From: Cyanidioschyzon merolae
Lineage: Eukaryota
NCBI GenBank assembly: GCA_000091205.1
Contig: AP006494.2
DNA length: 64,000 nt
Direction: 5' to 3' (one strand)
The notes under the pieces were generated by a model. It ran no database searches and was not told where the DNA came from. It saw only the letters and a list, made by a program, of their open reading frames with translations. Shown piece by piece: positions 19,400 to 31,584 of the stretch (position 1 is the first letter of the stretch; each line of letters opens with the position of its first letter). Position numbers and translations under genes: made by a program.

Positions 19400-20833
19400 A
19401 TGGAAAGCTGTGACCGTTTGTACCAGATATATACAGAATCGAATGACCCGTTCACTGCGCCTGCGCCTCAATCCGCATCATTGACATCACGCGCTCTTGC
19501 AGTAACGATGATGAGACTTGAGGCTCGGTCCATGAAACCCTGCACGCTAGACGGAGCGAGTGATCCAGACCTACAACGAGCCAATGAAGCTTTCGTGTGG
19601 TCGACCGCACCCGGTGGTGAACGAGCAACTGGCGCTGTCCAGCGCAGAGAGTCGTACACTAGGCAGCGCCACTGGCCGCGTCCGTGGCGTCCCGCATTGA
19701 GCGCGGACAACTGGCGCAAGTGTCGTTTCAGTGCCGCAAGGGGAAGCCCGTTTCTATCTGGGAGTGCACGTGCACTCGAGACTTCGTTGCACAGCCGCTA
19801 CCCTGCGTTGAACAGTGCTGTTCCAGGTGGCCACGTGTCTATGCAGTATGGGCAGGCTGCGACTGCACGAGACGCGAACGAGGCCCGTACCGGCGTCTAC
19901 CAACCTAGCATAGAAGCAAAGCTTAAAACACTAACTGAAAAGGTTAAACTTGCGTGTGTGCAGTGCAGAGCGCCGCTGGAACTAGATAGCGCTAATCGTT
20001 TGCGCTGCCCGAACGGTCACGGCGAGGCGAGCTGGATTCAGGTCAGCGAAAAGAGCAGAGGTGGCGGCTTTTGGGACCTGACACCGCAAAGGTTCCGCTA
20101 CAACGTAGATGAACGTCCTCGAGGACCTTCTGTGGAACTTCGTCGAGACCTCTTCCAGAGCCCTTTCGTCGCCTTTTTGTACGAGCGTGGGTGGCGAGAC
20201 CAGTTCCGATCTTCGGGATTTCCCGGCCCCGATGCTGAGTTTCGCATCGTTCAGAGCTTTTTCAAGGGCGCAAACTGCGTTATGGATCTAAGCTGTGGTT
20301 CCGGACTTTTTACTCGTCGCCTTGCGGCTAGCGGGGATTTTGACCACGTCATCGCTGTGGACTACTCAGAGGCAATGCTGCGCGAGTTGGTCGAACGAGC
20401 GGAGCGCGAGCCGCTACCTGAACGCATCGGTGGCGGCTTTGTGTCTGATCGTATCACTGGCATCATTCGCGCTGACGTGGAGCGTTTACCTTTCGCCAAT
20501 GAGTCTATCGACTGTATTCACGCTGGTGCTGCGTTGCACTGCTGGCCCTGCGTCCAGGACGGACTCCATGAAGTGTATCGGATTTTGCGGCCCAGCAAGG
20601 GGCCAGGCTCCGGTCGTTTTCTGGCAACGACATTCCTGTGGTCGACGTCGCCGTTTGGACTCGCGGTCCGTGAAGGTCGTCTGCTTAGCCCGAGCGCCGG
20701 GTATCGCTTCTTCGATGCAAAAGAACTTGAGTGGCTTGTGAAGAGCGCTGGTTTCGAGCGGGTAGAAATTGAGGTGATTCGTCAATGTGCGATCATTCGT
20801 GCCTGGAAAGAACCGAGGGCACGGCACGGATAG
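19400..20833 (+). CDS. Class I SAM-dependent methyltransferase of the plant plastoglobule/Zn-ribbon type (Methyltransf_11), with an about 170-aa N-terminal extension
   Basis: CVQCRAPLELDSANRLRCPNGH (Zn-ribbon-like), then FVAFLYERGWRDQFRSSGFPGPDAEF...VMDLSCGSGLFTRRLAASGDFDHVIAVDYSEAML (motif I), then CIHAGAALHCWP. This closely resembles the plant family with SPFVSFLYERGWRQ.F..SGFPGPDEEF. Confidence 0.7.
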   Translation: MESCDRLYQIYTESNDPFTAPAPQSASLTSRALAVTMMRLEARSMKPCTLDGASDPDLQRANEAFVWSTAPGGERATGAVQRRESYTRQRHWPRPWRPALSADNWRKCRFSAARGSPFLSGSARALETSLHSRYPALNSAVPGGHVSMQYGQAATARDANEARTGVYQPSIEAKLKTLTEKVKLACVQCRAPLELDSANRLRCPNGHGEASWIQVSEKSRGGGFWDLTPQRFRYNVDERPRGPSVELRRDLFQSPFVAFLYERGWRDQFRSSGFPGPDAEFRIVQSFFKGANCVMDLSCGSGLFTRRLAASGDFDHVIAVDYSEAMLRELVERAEREPLPERIGGGFVSDRITGIIRADVERLPFANESIDCIHAGAALHCWPCVQDGLHEVYRILRPSKGPGSGRFLATTFLWSTSPFGLAVREGRLLSPSAGYRFFDAKELEWLVKSAGFERVEIEVIRQCAIIRAWKEPRARHG

Positions 20834-23027
20834 CGGTGCACCACTACAAATAGATCTGTGAGGCGTATTCATGTAGCGTTCTCGCGCTTGAAGAGCGAAG
20901 TGCCATGCGGTGCGAGACTAGGGCGAGAAACCGTTTACATGAGCGGTATTCCGGATGACACCCAGTGGGTTTTACAGTGAGTCTCCGATCAACATGATCT
21001 GAAGCACGCAATGCTGAAATAGCCAGCAATACTGCGAATTAGAGGCGGGATCCTTGAAGGATGCTCTTCCAAGCGCGACCTGTATGTGATTGGGTGCGTT
21101 CGTAGCTGCTCGTTGTATCCTCGTGTATAAATGTATATATCGGGAGTTTATCTGTGCGCACATAATGGAGCGACACAGGGCGGGCTTTAAGCCGTTCATG
21201 CCTTCGGGAGAGAACGACAGCCTGAACTGGTCGACTGCCAGCTGCGAATGGCACGGAACTTTCCGCGCTAACGACGGGGAGGGCGCAGGAACCACGTCTC
21301 CTAGGCACGCAGGCCGGGATCGAAGAGTAGGACTGGGATCGCGGATCGGTGCCCTACGGTTTCGATGACGTCCCAGATTTGGAAATCGTGAAACATGCTC
21401 TGAGAATCAACTTGGAACGCTCGTGTCGCCTTGCTTACCGCGAATTTCTCGACATGAAAGACGACGCTAGTGTCGTGGCGGGCGCATGAACCTGGGCGCC
21501 GATCATGAAGGGCGTGTAATGAGCAACCAGGCGGTATATCAGCTAGACGAGCAGGCCTCGGCAAGTCAGGGAACGCGTTCAAGACAAAGTACTCTGAACA
21601 TTTGCCGGCTATCACCGTGTAAGCGGATAGAACGCTGCTGTGCGTCGCTGGGGATTCTGACGAGTGGCAAGCTTGTGTGTGGTTTATCATCGATGCCGCA
21701 GTCGGATGTATACTCAGCCCGGCGAATTCTGGAATGCCCGCACAAATACGCATTCATCAGAATTTGTTTCTTTTCAAGCCGGTATTCGACGAACGGGATA
21801 TCCCGAGCATTGGAGGCAGATTGCAGAACGGCTTCATGCAGTCACTGCTACCTTCGGAAAACGTCCATACTTCTACAAGGGAATCATTCCACGCTCAGCA
21901 GGTGGATAACAGACCCGTCTCGTAGTCCCTATGATGAACGCCGGGCTCTAAATCCAGCAAGTATCGAACACTATGTACGCGATATTCTCCTCGTTAGTCG
22001 ACTCCATTCCGTTCTGAAGGATCTCTAGGAAACGCTATCAGCGAAGCGACAGGATGTGGACGATTCTTCCCGTTGATATGTCCGATAATGAAGCGACACG
22101 GATGGACAATGAAAAAGCCCGCTTCTATGGAAGACCATCGCGCCTTGAACGATGCACTATGGACCTTGCATTGAAGTGCGAACGCTTGTGATATGAGGGA
22201 GCTTGGTTCGTCTCACTCGAAGAGACGTCATTCGGGGCCAATGGTATACCTGCACATCGGTATTCGAAGAGCTGCATACGGTTGTTCTCGTTGAGGACAT
22301 GGGCGAGTATTTCGAAAACATGCGGCGATGCAATTGTGTGATCTCCGAAAATATCCTGTAAATCGCCAGACGTTCGGGTTTATTCAACAACTTATCCTTT
22401 GTTGAGGCATTCTTCGTGGCTACTTCTTCCCGCTTTCTTTTCTTCTGCGCTTCGCCGACAACGTCGATTTTCATCCCTTGCGAGCGGCCAAGGAGTACGC
22501 AGCTGGACCTCGTGGCAAACTGCTCTTCCTGGCAGCCGCTTCCCATCGTTCCCGCCAGTCAAAGTTGCCTACTCTGTTGCCAAACGCAGTTTCTGCTCTC
22601 ATGAACCCATGGATGAGTTGTTCGTATCCGTCACGTCTGTCTTCGACCAGTCGCTCTGTACCTCCCGTAACCCTGAAATGCTCTGTTGCTGTTCTGCTTG
22701 TGCCCGGGAGGGAATGTTCGAAAGCGCAAGCATCGCTCTTACCGCCCAGCAGATGCATCTGAATCCCTGGGGGAAAACGGAGATATAAAATAGCTACCAA
22801 TACTATTACATCGCAGCAGGAAAAAAGCGGGCAAGAATGGAACACTATACAACTGCACTGGACAAGGACGAAAAAACGCTTCCGGAAAGAGGACGCTAAA
22901 GAACAACCAGGGAAAACTGCTGGAGCGGAATGACCAGTCTGAAACTGTTGTTATTGCCGCACTACAAAACCGCATCAACGGGAGTATCCTCCAGGACACG
23001 AAATGCGGGACGTCATGACGGAACGTG

Positions 23028-24162
23028 CAGCCTGTTACGCGAGGAACGCTCGCTCCGCTTCCCGTGCCCTGACACATCTCGTCACGCAACGATTCGTACG
23101 AGCTGTGGACGCAGGGATGCCAGCTGTTCATGTTTCTCTTCAGCGTCTCGATCAAACCTGCACGCGACAGCACAAGTGATGCTCGTTGCAGCAGATGCGA
23201 TGAGCCCTGGTCGTGGAACCTGAGGGTTGCACAGTCGCCTCCCAGCGTCTGCTGACGAGTGGACGCGTTGGCTAGTTGCTGCGTCGCATCGCTGCTTCAG
23301 GAATCCATACGTCTGCAACGCACATGCCAAAACGTATCGAGCCTAGCCCAGCAATCGTGTGCAGATCGCTGCGGGGCGCTTCATGAGGCGCACCCTGCCG
23401 CCGATGTCCTCGTTGCACCCGGGCCTCACTGGCCCGAAACAATGCGGAAAGCTAAAAGGGACGCTACACTCTAGATCGTAAAGAAGCGTCGAAATAGCGC
23501 TCGCGGATGATCTCGTGGCAGGTGCACACGATACCGCGCTGCTGTCGCCTCTGACTTTGACTCGACGGAGGCTAGAAGCGAGCAGTCGCCAACTTGCTCG
23601 ATAAGCTGGAGAAGCGATTGACCGAGGAGTCGCGTCGATTGGTGCTTGCCTACGCAAACGGACGTGCTGGTGCGTCCGCGTGTCGCACACCAGCGCCCTC
23701 GACGGGAGCGTCCAGCGAGTACACAGGGATCGCAGCTGGGCGATTTCCCTGCACGCGTTCGCGACGATACGGAAGCATCACGAGCGGGTGTGCGCAGCGA
23801 TGCTCGCCGAGAAGCCAATCGTGAAACAGAGCCAGCTGCACGAGATGGTGCACGGTACGCTGGGCGGGCGCCAGACTGCGAGGGAATCAAAGGCGGGCCT
23901 CCCTGTACAGTGCGAGTCGACGAGCAACAACGCAGGCAGGCGCTCGCTGCACCGAGACCCGAACGCCTCGATCAGCATATGGACGAGTCACGTGCTTCCT
24001 GCGCGTCCAGCGGCGATGTGTGGAACCATTCTTTGAGGTGATCGTTCCGTACACAGTCTAGACATTGTGCTGAAACGCTCAAGTCTATCGATGAGGAGAA
24101 ATCGATTGCCAACAGAGAGAGCACGGAATGACCCATCGGGAGCAGGGCGCTGGTACGGGCCG
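23028..24162. repeat. Direct repeat copy B (about 1.13 kb), partner of 13191-14325
   Basis: See copy A. Confidence 0.85.
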
Positions 24163-24681
24163 AGTCAGCAATCCACCAAGTCTAAAGCATCTTATATACA
24201 CTCCAGGACCCATTCTTTTAGGGCATTGCCGAACGATAATTATCTTGCTCGATTATGGAACCACACCGACTATACTCGAGGCACCCGCGGTGCATCATTG
24301 TGCTCTACCACTAGGTGCCGCGTTGATTGCACATGCTGCATCGCGATGCTCGTGATTCCATGAACGAGGCCCCGCTCCAAAGCGACCTTCGCAGCGTCGC
24401 CTCAGAGAGCCGCTACCGCGCGCTAAAGCATGCCGACACCTATCGTTCAACGCGGGCTCCCTGACCACCACCATGTCAACGTTCCGTCCAAGAACACTCG
24501 TACGCTGAACAAGTCTCGGGCATTGGCGCACGATCTATGTCCTTCTTGTACTGGTTTGTACAGATAGCGGACGTTGATTGCTTGCGCACTGACGCGTTTG
24601 CGTCACCGAGATTCCACTATCATCGTTTTTAGTCTACGATGCGGTGTTCTCTGGCTTCACGGGTGTTGCAGGTCTAGGGCT

Positions 24682-25902
24682 ATGCGCTCGCATGAAATAC
24701 CCGGCGCTCGTGCGCAAAAACTGAGTTCTCCTAGCGCGACACCGGATGAGTTCGCCCGAGCCGCGTTGCGTCTTTCTTGCGCCGCCATCGTGGGCGTACG
24801 TGCACGCGCGCTAACCCAGCCCCGACTGCGCCGGAAAGCGCTCTTCTATATAACCAGAGAGAGCTGCGAAGTCATCGTTGACGTCTGTGAGTCATTTATT
24901 CAACGCATCGGATATATTGCCGCAAGGCTGGCCGAGCACAGCGGACGATCGCAGGTTACTATTCTGGACGTGCTCCAAACACTGGACGACTGGATCGCAC
25001 CGTGCGGAGGTGACAGCTTTCGCGTGTCGAGCCTCGTACAGTACGCCGCAATCGAAGAACTGCTACCACCTCGTGATTTAGAACCGTTCCCGCGACGGCG
25101 TTTGCCGCGGAATGTGGAGCGCAAGACCCAGGAGCCCAGTGCTCTCGAAGCAGCATGGAGCGCGGACGCGGACGCTCGTGAAGATGAGCTCGCTACCGAC
25201 GACTGTCTTCTGGATCTCAACAGACTGATGTGGGACAAACGCCTTGCAGGTGACGGTGAAGAGAGAGGTGATTCTGAGGCGATAAAATTCAAGCCAGAGA
25301 GTGCCAACGAGCCCGGCAGCGGCGTCGTGAAGGAATCCGGAACCGTCACAGCGTCAGACGCTTCATCAGACGAGAGAAGCCGAATCGCAGATGCGACGCT
25401 ACCCTCCAAGAGTGCTGGAGATAATGCTGATGCACAACAGAACCCTGAACAGGCTCGAGTACATGGTGCATGCATCGAACGATGGATGCCGCCGTTCCCA
25501 CCGCTGCACACCTATATGGATACGCCAGTCTACGCCGCTCCGGAAAACGAATCGGAAGTGGACAAGTTGCGCAGGCTCAATGAACAGCGATTACAAGTGG
25601 AGAACGCATTAGCGCGTGCTCGGGCTACCGGGTACCGACCTATCGAGAATCCATACCTTCAGTTACCCACGGTTGGGCGCGATGTCACCAAAGCCATAGA
25701 TATGCGGCCTGAAAGCCGACAGCAAGTACATGCAGCAGTAGGATCGCGGACGTTATCAGCGCGAGAGCCACTGGAAAGCGAAATTGTCACAGCCCGTATT
25801 CGACCTTCGAATCAAGAAGTTTCCGACAAGGCTGAGCGCATTCTTGCGGAAAGCGGCGGGGTCACCGAATCCGCACTACCGTCGTCTGAGTACAGCACAT
25901 GA
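24682..25902 (+). CDS. TAF8-like TFIID subunit (BTP/histone-fold domain plus PxxHTY motif)
   Basis: RAALRLSCAAIVGVRARALTQPRLRRKALFYITRESCEVIVDVCESFIQRIGYIAARLAEHSGRSQVTILDVLQTLDDW (bromodomain-associated histone fold); later WMPPFPPLHTYMDTPVY (the conserved TAF8 P-F-P-x-x-H-T-Y motif). First ATG is at 24682 (the track start is TTG). Confidence 0.55.
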   Translation: MRSHEIPGARAQKLSSPSATPDEFARAALRLSCAAIVGVRARALTQPRLRRKALFYITRESCEVIVDVCESFIQRIGYIAARLAEHSGRSQVTILDVLQTLDDWIAPCGGDSFRVSSLVQYAAIEELLPPRDLEPFPRRRLPRNVERKTQEPSALEAAWSADADAREDELATDDCLLDLNRLMWDKRLAGDGEERGDSEAIKFKPESANEPGSGVVKESGTVTASDASSDERSRIADATLPSKSAGDNADAQQNPEQARVHGACIERWMPPFPPLHTYMDTPVYAAPENESEVDKLRRLNEQRLQVENALARARATGYRPIENPYLQLPTVGRDVTKAIDMRPESRQQVHAAVGSRTLSAREPLESEIVTARIRPSNQEVSDKAERILAESGGVTESALPSSEYST

Positions 25903-26897
25903 AGCGGCTTGATACGGCACCGCTTGGGAGCGAATGCGTTTTGTACGTGTATTTTTTCTCAGGCGTCGTACCAGACCTCCAGAATCTACTCGTGTCCAGT
26001 ACGTGTACGTTGCGTTGAAGAGAAGGGCTCGTTCGTGCGATACTCCGGGAGCCGAGTGCCTGTAGACGCGCCCAAAGCGCAGCTGCGGACGACCGCTGAG
26101 CCAGAACGGCTTTGGCATCTCCTTGCGGGCGCCGGTGTGAAGGGCTCCTATTCAGGACCGAGGTTGCTTGTACGGTTTTGGAGCGAGCGCCCCAGTCACA
26201 GTAGCGTTCGATATGCGCGATTGCTCCTCAGATGCATTGAAAAAAAGGGGTCCAGCAATCGCAGCTATGCCCTGCGGGTGAGCGGCATAGGAAAATGCTC
26301 GGAGCAGGCTGCTCCCGAGCGCGCCCTCATCTAGTACTGAAGACGCAGCTGTGCTGGGATTTCTTACGAACGCGTCCGACAATCTGCATGATAGGTCACT
26401 TCAACGAGCTGCTCGGTGACCGAGTCTTGGTTCCGCACCAAGCGGGCGACTGGGCGATCTCCGAGAGACGGCGACTTGTAGCCCGACTTGATCTACGGCG
26501 CTACGGCGAACACATTGGCATTGCCGTGCCTTCGAGCATCGCGCCTAAACTACTCCATTCGGAGTTGTATCAGATCCGACGCATTTCGTTTATTACTAGG
26601 TCCGTGTTCCCTGGGTACGAAGGCGAATGCCCTGACGATGCCCATCATCACCAAATGTGAGTGACTATTGTGCAGCTTTATGTGCCTGGGATCCGATCCG
26701 CAGGCTGCGAGCAACGACGCATCATTGCGTCTCCAGGGGCTCGAGGAAACGAAATCTCATGCAAACCGCACCAGGACGGCTCCGTACATACAACGTGACC
26801 CAAGCAAGTCGAGCTGCAGAGTGTCCTTACGCAAAATCAGACGCGACCTGGATCCCAGCGCTTCCTTGAACCCAGCAATCGGACAGTTGACTTGTAC

Positions 26898-28694
26898 TTA
26901 GGAAACGCGGGAACGATCGTTGCGCTGTCGTGCGTACACCTTGTTCGTGAGAAATGCATCAATATCCAGATCCTGGAGCTTGCGCAGTTTGTCCTTGCTG
27001 AATCCCGTTTCGAAACGTGTTGCGGGGAGTTCCGGTCTTGTTCGCGTTTCGGACTGCTGATCGTCCGCAAGCGCCGAGCTCCCAGCGCGCTCACGAGACG
27101 TCGTGGCACCTTGCAGCACCGGAGTGACAGGTGAGGGACGCGTTCCGGACCCGTTTCTTGCGGGCGGTGTCACAATCGCTGGGGTATCGCGCCCGCGTCT
27201 GGTATTGTCGGGCGGAACTACAGAAGCTTGCAGTGTCGACGCGGTAGCACGTGCGTCTGAGCACGGACTCGCCCGCAGACGTCCGGGCGGCGGCTCGGTC
27301 GGCGTAGCTTCAGCTGAGCTTGTACTCGACATATCGCTGTGTCGCATGAAGTGTAATGTACCGGGACCCGGCCACAAACGCGTCTGTGCGACGCTTGCAT
27401 CCCCGATAGCTTTTCCAGCGTTGCTCTCGTTATCTTGTGTCGTTAGGGTTGCTGGGATGGTGCTGGTGCTGGTGGTGGTTGCATTCGGCGGCCTTCTGGC
27501 GGCTTCTGCCGCAACGGACTCGTTCTGCTGCAAGCGCACAGCAGCAACGGGATGATCGACCACAGCCGCAGCGGCAACGGTGGTGTCCGAGGTCGCCCTT
27601 GGCGATGCATGTGCTGCCCTTGTCGTCACTGCAACGCTTTCGACTGCCGCATGGTGCGCTTCATTTACCGCGCTTTGCGGCGTTTCAGACGATTGAGCCC
27701 CGTCTGCATTCGAGCAGACGCATCGGGGCGATGTTTCATGCATCCCTCCACAATCCGGTCGTTCACGAGTGAAGGATTGCCTTCGTTCAGCGAGCTGCCG
27801 CAATGATGCCGTGGCGCCCGCGGGCTCGCATGGTGCCTCACCAAGTTGACAGGTTTCGGAAACACGGAATGTCGAGCGCCTATCCTCTGAGTTGCTATGG
27901 AGATTTGAGGCTGGTACGGCCATTTGGGGCTTTCCTCGCCTCCCGTCGTTCTCCAGTCGACCGGTACAACCGCGCTGCGACGTACGCTCTTGATGCGGTT
28001 GCGCGGGGTCCGCATGCACTCTTCCTGATTCGGGTGAGGCGCAAGCGCCAGATCCGACTTCATATCGAACTTCATCAGAAGATGTAGCTTCGGCAACTTG
28101 CAAGTTTGCAGCCAACAAAGAGCCCCGTGACTCCAGTGCCGCTTCTCGTGCACTCCCAAGGGACCCAGGAGCTCTCGCTAGCGCCGCATGAACTGCACAG
28201 CAAGCTGGGCGCATGTGTTCGTCCCGGGCGTGGTCAACAGCAGCAGTGCTCGTGCTTACCTCGCTCGTAAAGAAGCGACGCCTTCGTTTGCGCACCGCGC
28301 TGGCTTCATCTAGCGCCTGTAAGAGACGCTCAGCGGAGAGCTCGAGCGCCAGCGCCTCCTCCACCCCGTAGAGAACCGCGCTCCCGACAAGAAATGGATC
28401 AAGTTCCAACGGCTCAGGACTGTTCGCAGTACCCGCTGCGAATCGCAACGTACTTCGACCAGAAACACCTTCCAAAGCGGTTCCGCCACCACCTTCATCC
28501 TGACTGGGAAGTGACCGGGAACCCGCAACTGCTGCCGCAACACCACCCGACCTGCTGCCTGTTAGCTTGTCGGTACTTGGTGCAGTTACCTGGCAAGCTT
28601 CAAATCGCAAAAGATTTGCGCTTGCAGGTAACCTTTCTCTCTGAAGGAATGAAACAATAGCATTGAATACTTGCTCTCTAAGAAGCTCCTCCAT
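26898..28694 (-). CDS. Hypothetical S/A/T-rich low-complexity protein (598 aa) with a LisH-like N-terminus
   Basis: Genuine ATG; MEELLREQVFNAIVSFLQRERLPASANLL resembles a LisH dimerisation motif. The remainder is compositionally biased; the C-terminal end is conserved-looking (KLRKLQDLDIDAFLTNKVYARQRNDRSRVS). Confidence 0.4.
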   Translation of the reverse strand: MEELLREQVFNAIVSFLQRERLPASANLLRFEACQVTAPSTDKLTGSRSGGVAAAVAGSRSLPSQDEGGGGTALEGVSGRSTLRFAAGTANSPEPLELDPFLVGSAVLYGVEEALALELSAERLLQALDEASAVRKRRRRFFTSEVSTSTAAVDHARDEHMRPACCAVHAALARAPGSLGSAREAALESRGSLLAANLQVAEATSSDEVRYEVGSGACASPESGRVHADPAQPHQERTSQRGCTGRLENDGRRGKPQMAVPASNLHSNSEDRRSTFRVSETCQLGEAPCEPAGATASLRQLAERRQSFTRERPDCGGMHETSPRCVCSNADGAQSSETPQSAVNEAHHAAVESVAVTTRAAHASPRATSDTTVAAAAVVDHPVAAVRLQQNESVAAEAARRPPNATTTSTSTIPATLTTQDNESNAGKAIGDASVAQTRLWPGPGTLHFMRHSDMSSTSSAEATPTEPPPGRLRASPCSDARATASTLQASVVPPDNTRRGRDTPAIVTPPARNGSGTRPSPVTPVLQGATTSRERAGSSALADDQQSETRTRPELPATRFETGFSKDKLRKLQDLDIDAFLTNKVYARQRNDRSRVS

Positions 28695-31584
28695 CCTTTA
28701 TGAACGCCAAGGCAGTTTCGGCACAGCGACTTGCTTGAGGGCGCGTGCGCGCGCAGTGCACCACGGAGACGCTGCGTTGACGTTTGCGCTAGACGAATGC
28801 ATCTCTGAAGGCTCAACGGGGCTTCAATTTGTTCTGGAGCTTACGAAAGGTGGGAGATTATCGCGGATTATAACGTACGTTGACGCAGATCCAGGTGTTA
28901 GCGCTACTGGAAGCTTGTACCACGGATCAAGGGACATACAGACTGGTGTTCGAGGTGCTGTGATCGTTTCCCTATTCTTCAGTTGCTTTGCGCTATACCC
29001 GTGGAATCGCGGTTCGTTTCAGCGATCTGACGTCCGGAAAAGTCTGGTACTAGCGGTTGGGGAACAACGTCTGAGGGTCAGGAGCGTCTGGCAGCACCGG
29101 CAGAGAACCATTGAGCTCTTCCGGTGTTACGGGTTGCTTTTGCGTGTTTTGGAAGGCTGTATAGGCTTGCGGACCCTCTCACCCACACCCAGACGAGGTC
29201 AGGTTAGAGGTGCTGGGCAGCGTTGTCGTGGCGAATACCAAAGTGTATGAACAGGTTCAGTCGGCTGTGCGCCGCACGATACCGAAGCGGATCGGAACGA
29301 GCGTGTTTGCAGCTACTGGCGCCCGAGCGCTTGGAATGAAGCAGCACTTGGAGCACAGTTCGTGACCTTGAACGACGCATCTGGCACCCTTTTGAGCTGC
29401 GAAGGCCAACTGGGGCTTGCAAAGATGGATCGGGACGAGATATCATGGGTCGAGTACTTCAGCATGTCGAGCAACAAGACACCTATTGTTTCAGTATGCG
29501 ATCGGGGCACGGGTGATAGAAGCGAAGCTTTCGCGGGACAAGTGTCATTGCGGAGCAACGCTTCTTTCTGCGCATTGCGGCCATTGCCCAGGTGTGCACG
29601 GCGCCCAGGTCAGTGCTGTCCACGCGCAGCTTTTTTTGCTGGTACGTCTGCACTTCCAGTGCGCTCTTCGGGCTTTTCTCTTGTGGAATGCGGTTCCTTT
29701 CTGGTATCGTGGCTGGGCAGGCGCCCATGGAAGGCAAACAGATGCCGGTTTGCTTTATTTGCGAAACACGAGCGAAACTTTCCAGACGCATTCCAGAGCG
29801 GGGAGCGCCGAAGCCTCAACCGCCAAAAAACGCCAGCCGCTGGATTGAAAGGTGCACTGTCGGACCTGTTGCATCGGGTTCCGAACCTGCTGCCTGCCAG
29901 GGACCGGGATCTGCGGTCCGATCTGGTGTCATGTCTCCAGCGTCTAGGCCGTGTAAGTCTGCTTTCATTCTTGCTTCTCTTTATAGACGCGTATTTGTCG
30001 CTCGTCGTGTTCAGTATAGGCTTGACGAGCACTGCGCTCTTCATCGTATTCCCGGGCACGGAGGAACGGCTTCGTACTCGCACCAGAAAGGCACTTGCAC
30101 AAGTCGGCTCAAAGATATGCGCATCTGCCGGGTCGCTTGGGCGGCGGTGTCGTACTGCTCTTCTAGATCAACTGCGCAAGTTACTCTAGCGCTACCGGGC
30201 AAGCAAGTCACGGTTTATGCCAAATGGCGCCCTGCGGTGATCGCTCATGCGCAATTCAGGCGGTTCGGCAACCAGGCGTAAAATCAGCAGCGGGATTGCA
30301 TGCCTTGCCGCATATATTCATCTGGTAGCGCTTTATGTGAGCAGAGCGGCACCGGCTTCCAAGCAAGTCATCCAGACAGATGTTCTCTTATATTCAGGAT
30401 CTTTCGCGCTATCCAAGGAATCCCCGATAGCGCAACGGCCATCAACATCCGGCAGAGTGTTCATCGTTTCGCGCCATAACTTCAAGCATCCATCACCGAT
30501 ACTTCTCGTTGGAGACCGTCGTCCGTTTGTCCGACAATGCGGATGGCGCATGTCGGCCGCCAGCGCCAACTGCGGTGCCCAGAGTTCCGGAGCGGTCGGA
30601 CGGAAAACGCTTTTGAGCACGAAGCGTGCCCTGGCAATGTCGCCTGTTTCTCAACCCGCCTGCATCAGCGCTGTTCGTACCGTTCACTGAAAGCGTAGCC
30701 ATCCATTCTATGTTTACAGCGGATGGATGTACATTGCCCGCGATTTGAGAGGAAACGCAAACCCACTGAACGCGACATCTTTTGCGCGTATTTCCCCTAC
30801 CTGATTCAAAGTGCTTGCAGGACGATGCCCATATCCGAATAAAATGCAACGGATCCTCCAGCTGGGGCGCGCACGTTATAGTTTGTGACTCTTCCCATTT
30901 TCATCAGCACCAGCTTTTGCAGGCTTTTTCTACGACTGCTTCCTTATCTTCTCTGTTATCTCCGCCTGCAAATAAGCGGGTGTCTACTCAATTTCCAACT
31001 CCGTTGTCAGCAGTCGCAGGATGTTGATGTCAGCGATCATCGACAGATTACGCCGATTCGGACTGCTGTCTACGCATTTGATGCACAGAGGCTGATTTTG
31101 ATCTACGGTTCGCTTGCAATTTTCATCTTTTTCATACACAGCCGCGATCCACCATTTCCAATTGGTGAACCTCGGCTGCGCTCAGGCGTTCTCAAATGTT
31201 TACGATACGCCCGCCTCCGAGAGCCGCACAGTGACGCACAAATGCTTACTCGATCGCTCCGTTATGCCCGTGACGGGTACCGTAGGCTTCATTCGATGCC
31301 TTCTTCCACGTTCACGCCCAATGCCGTCCCCTTCGATAACGTCATTCTTCTGGGCAATGCTTCTTCGAGTATGCTGTCCGCTGCACGAGCAAGCGCACGC
31401 TGTCTCATTCGAAACTCGGTATGCGATTTGCACAACTATCGGAAACTGTACTGCAGTGTCTCCTTCAGCAAGATGTCACATGATTCTTTTGGACAAAAGG
31501 CCCTCGCTGCGCATGAAGCGCTTGCGTGCTAGCTTTTCTCTTCCGACAAGCATGCACTGATTCGAAAAATAAGATTCTTTAAAA

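Noticed and set aside
20833-23027. ORFs 21486-22028 and 22157-22546 as genes inside the repeat-bracketed block
   Set aside because: No recognisable domains, odd composition, and no clean ATG context. They are left as non-coding or unknown.
13191-24162. The 1.1-kb direct repeats as LTRs of an LTR retrotransposon
   Set aside because: The internal region encodes ordinary cellular genes (ATE1, PIN-PhoH, methyltransferase) with no gag/RT/integrase. The shared repeat does not end in the canonical ...CA, although it does begin with TG. It is treated instead as a segmental duplication or repeat-flanked cassette.
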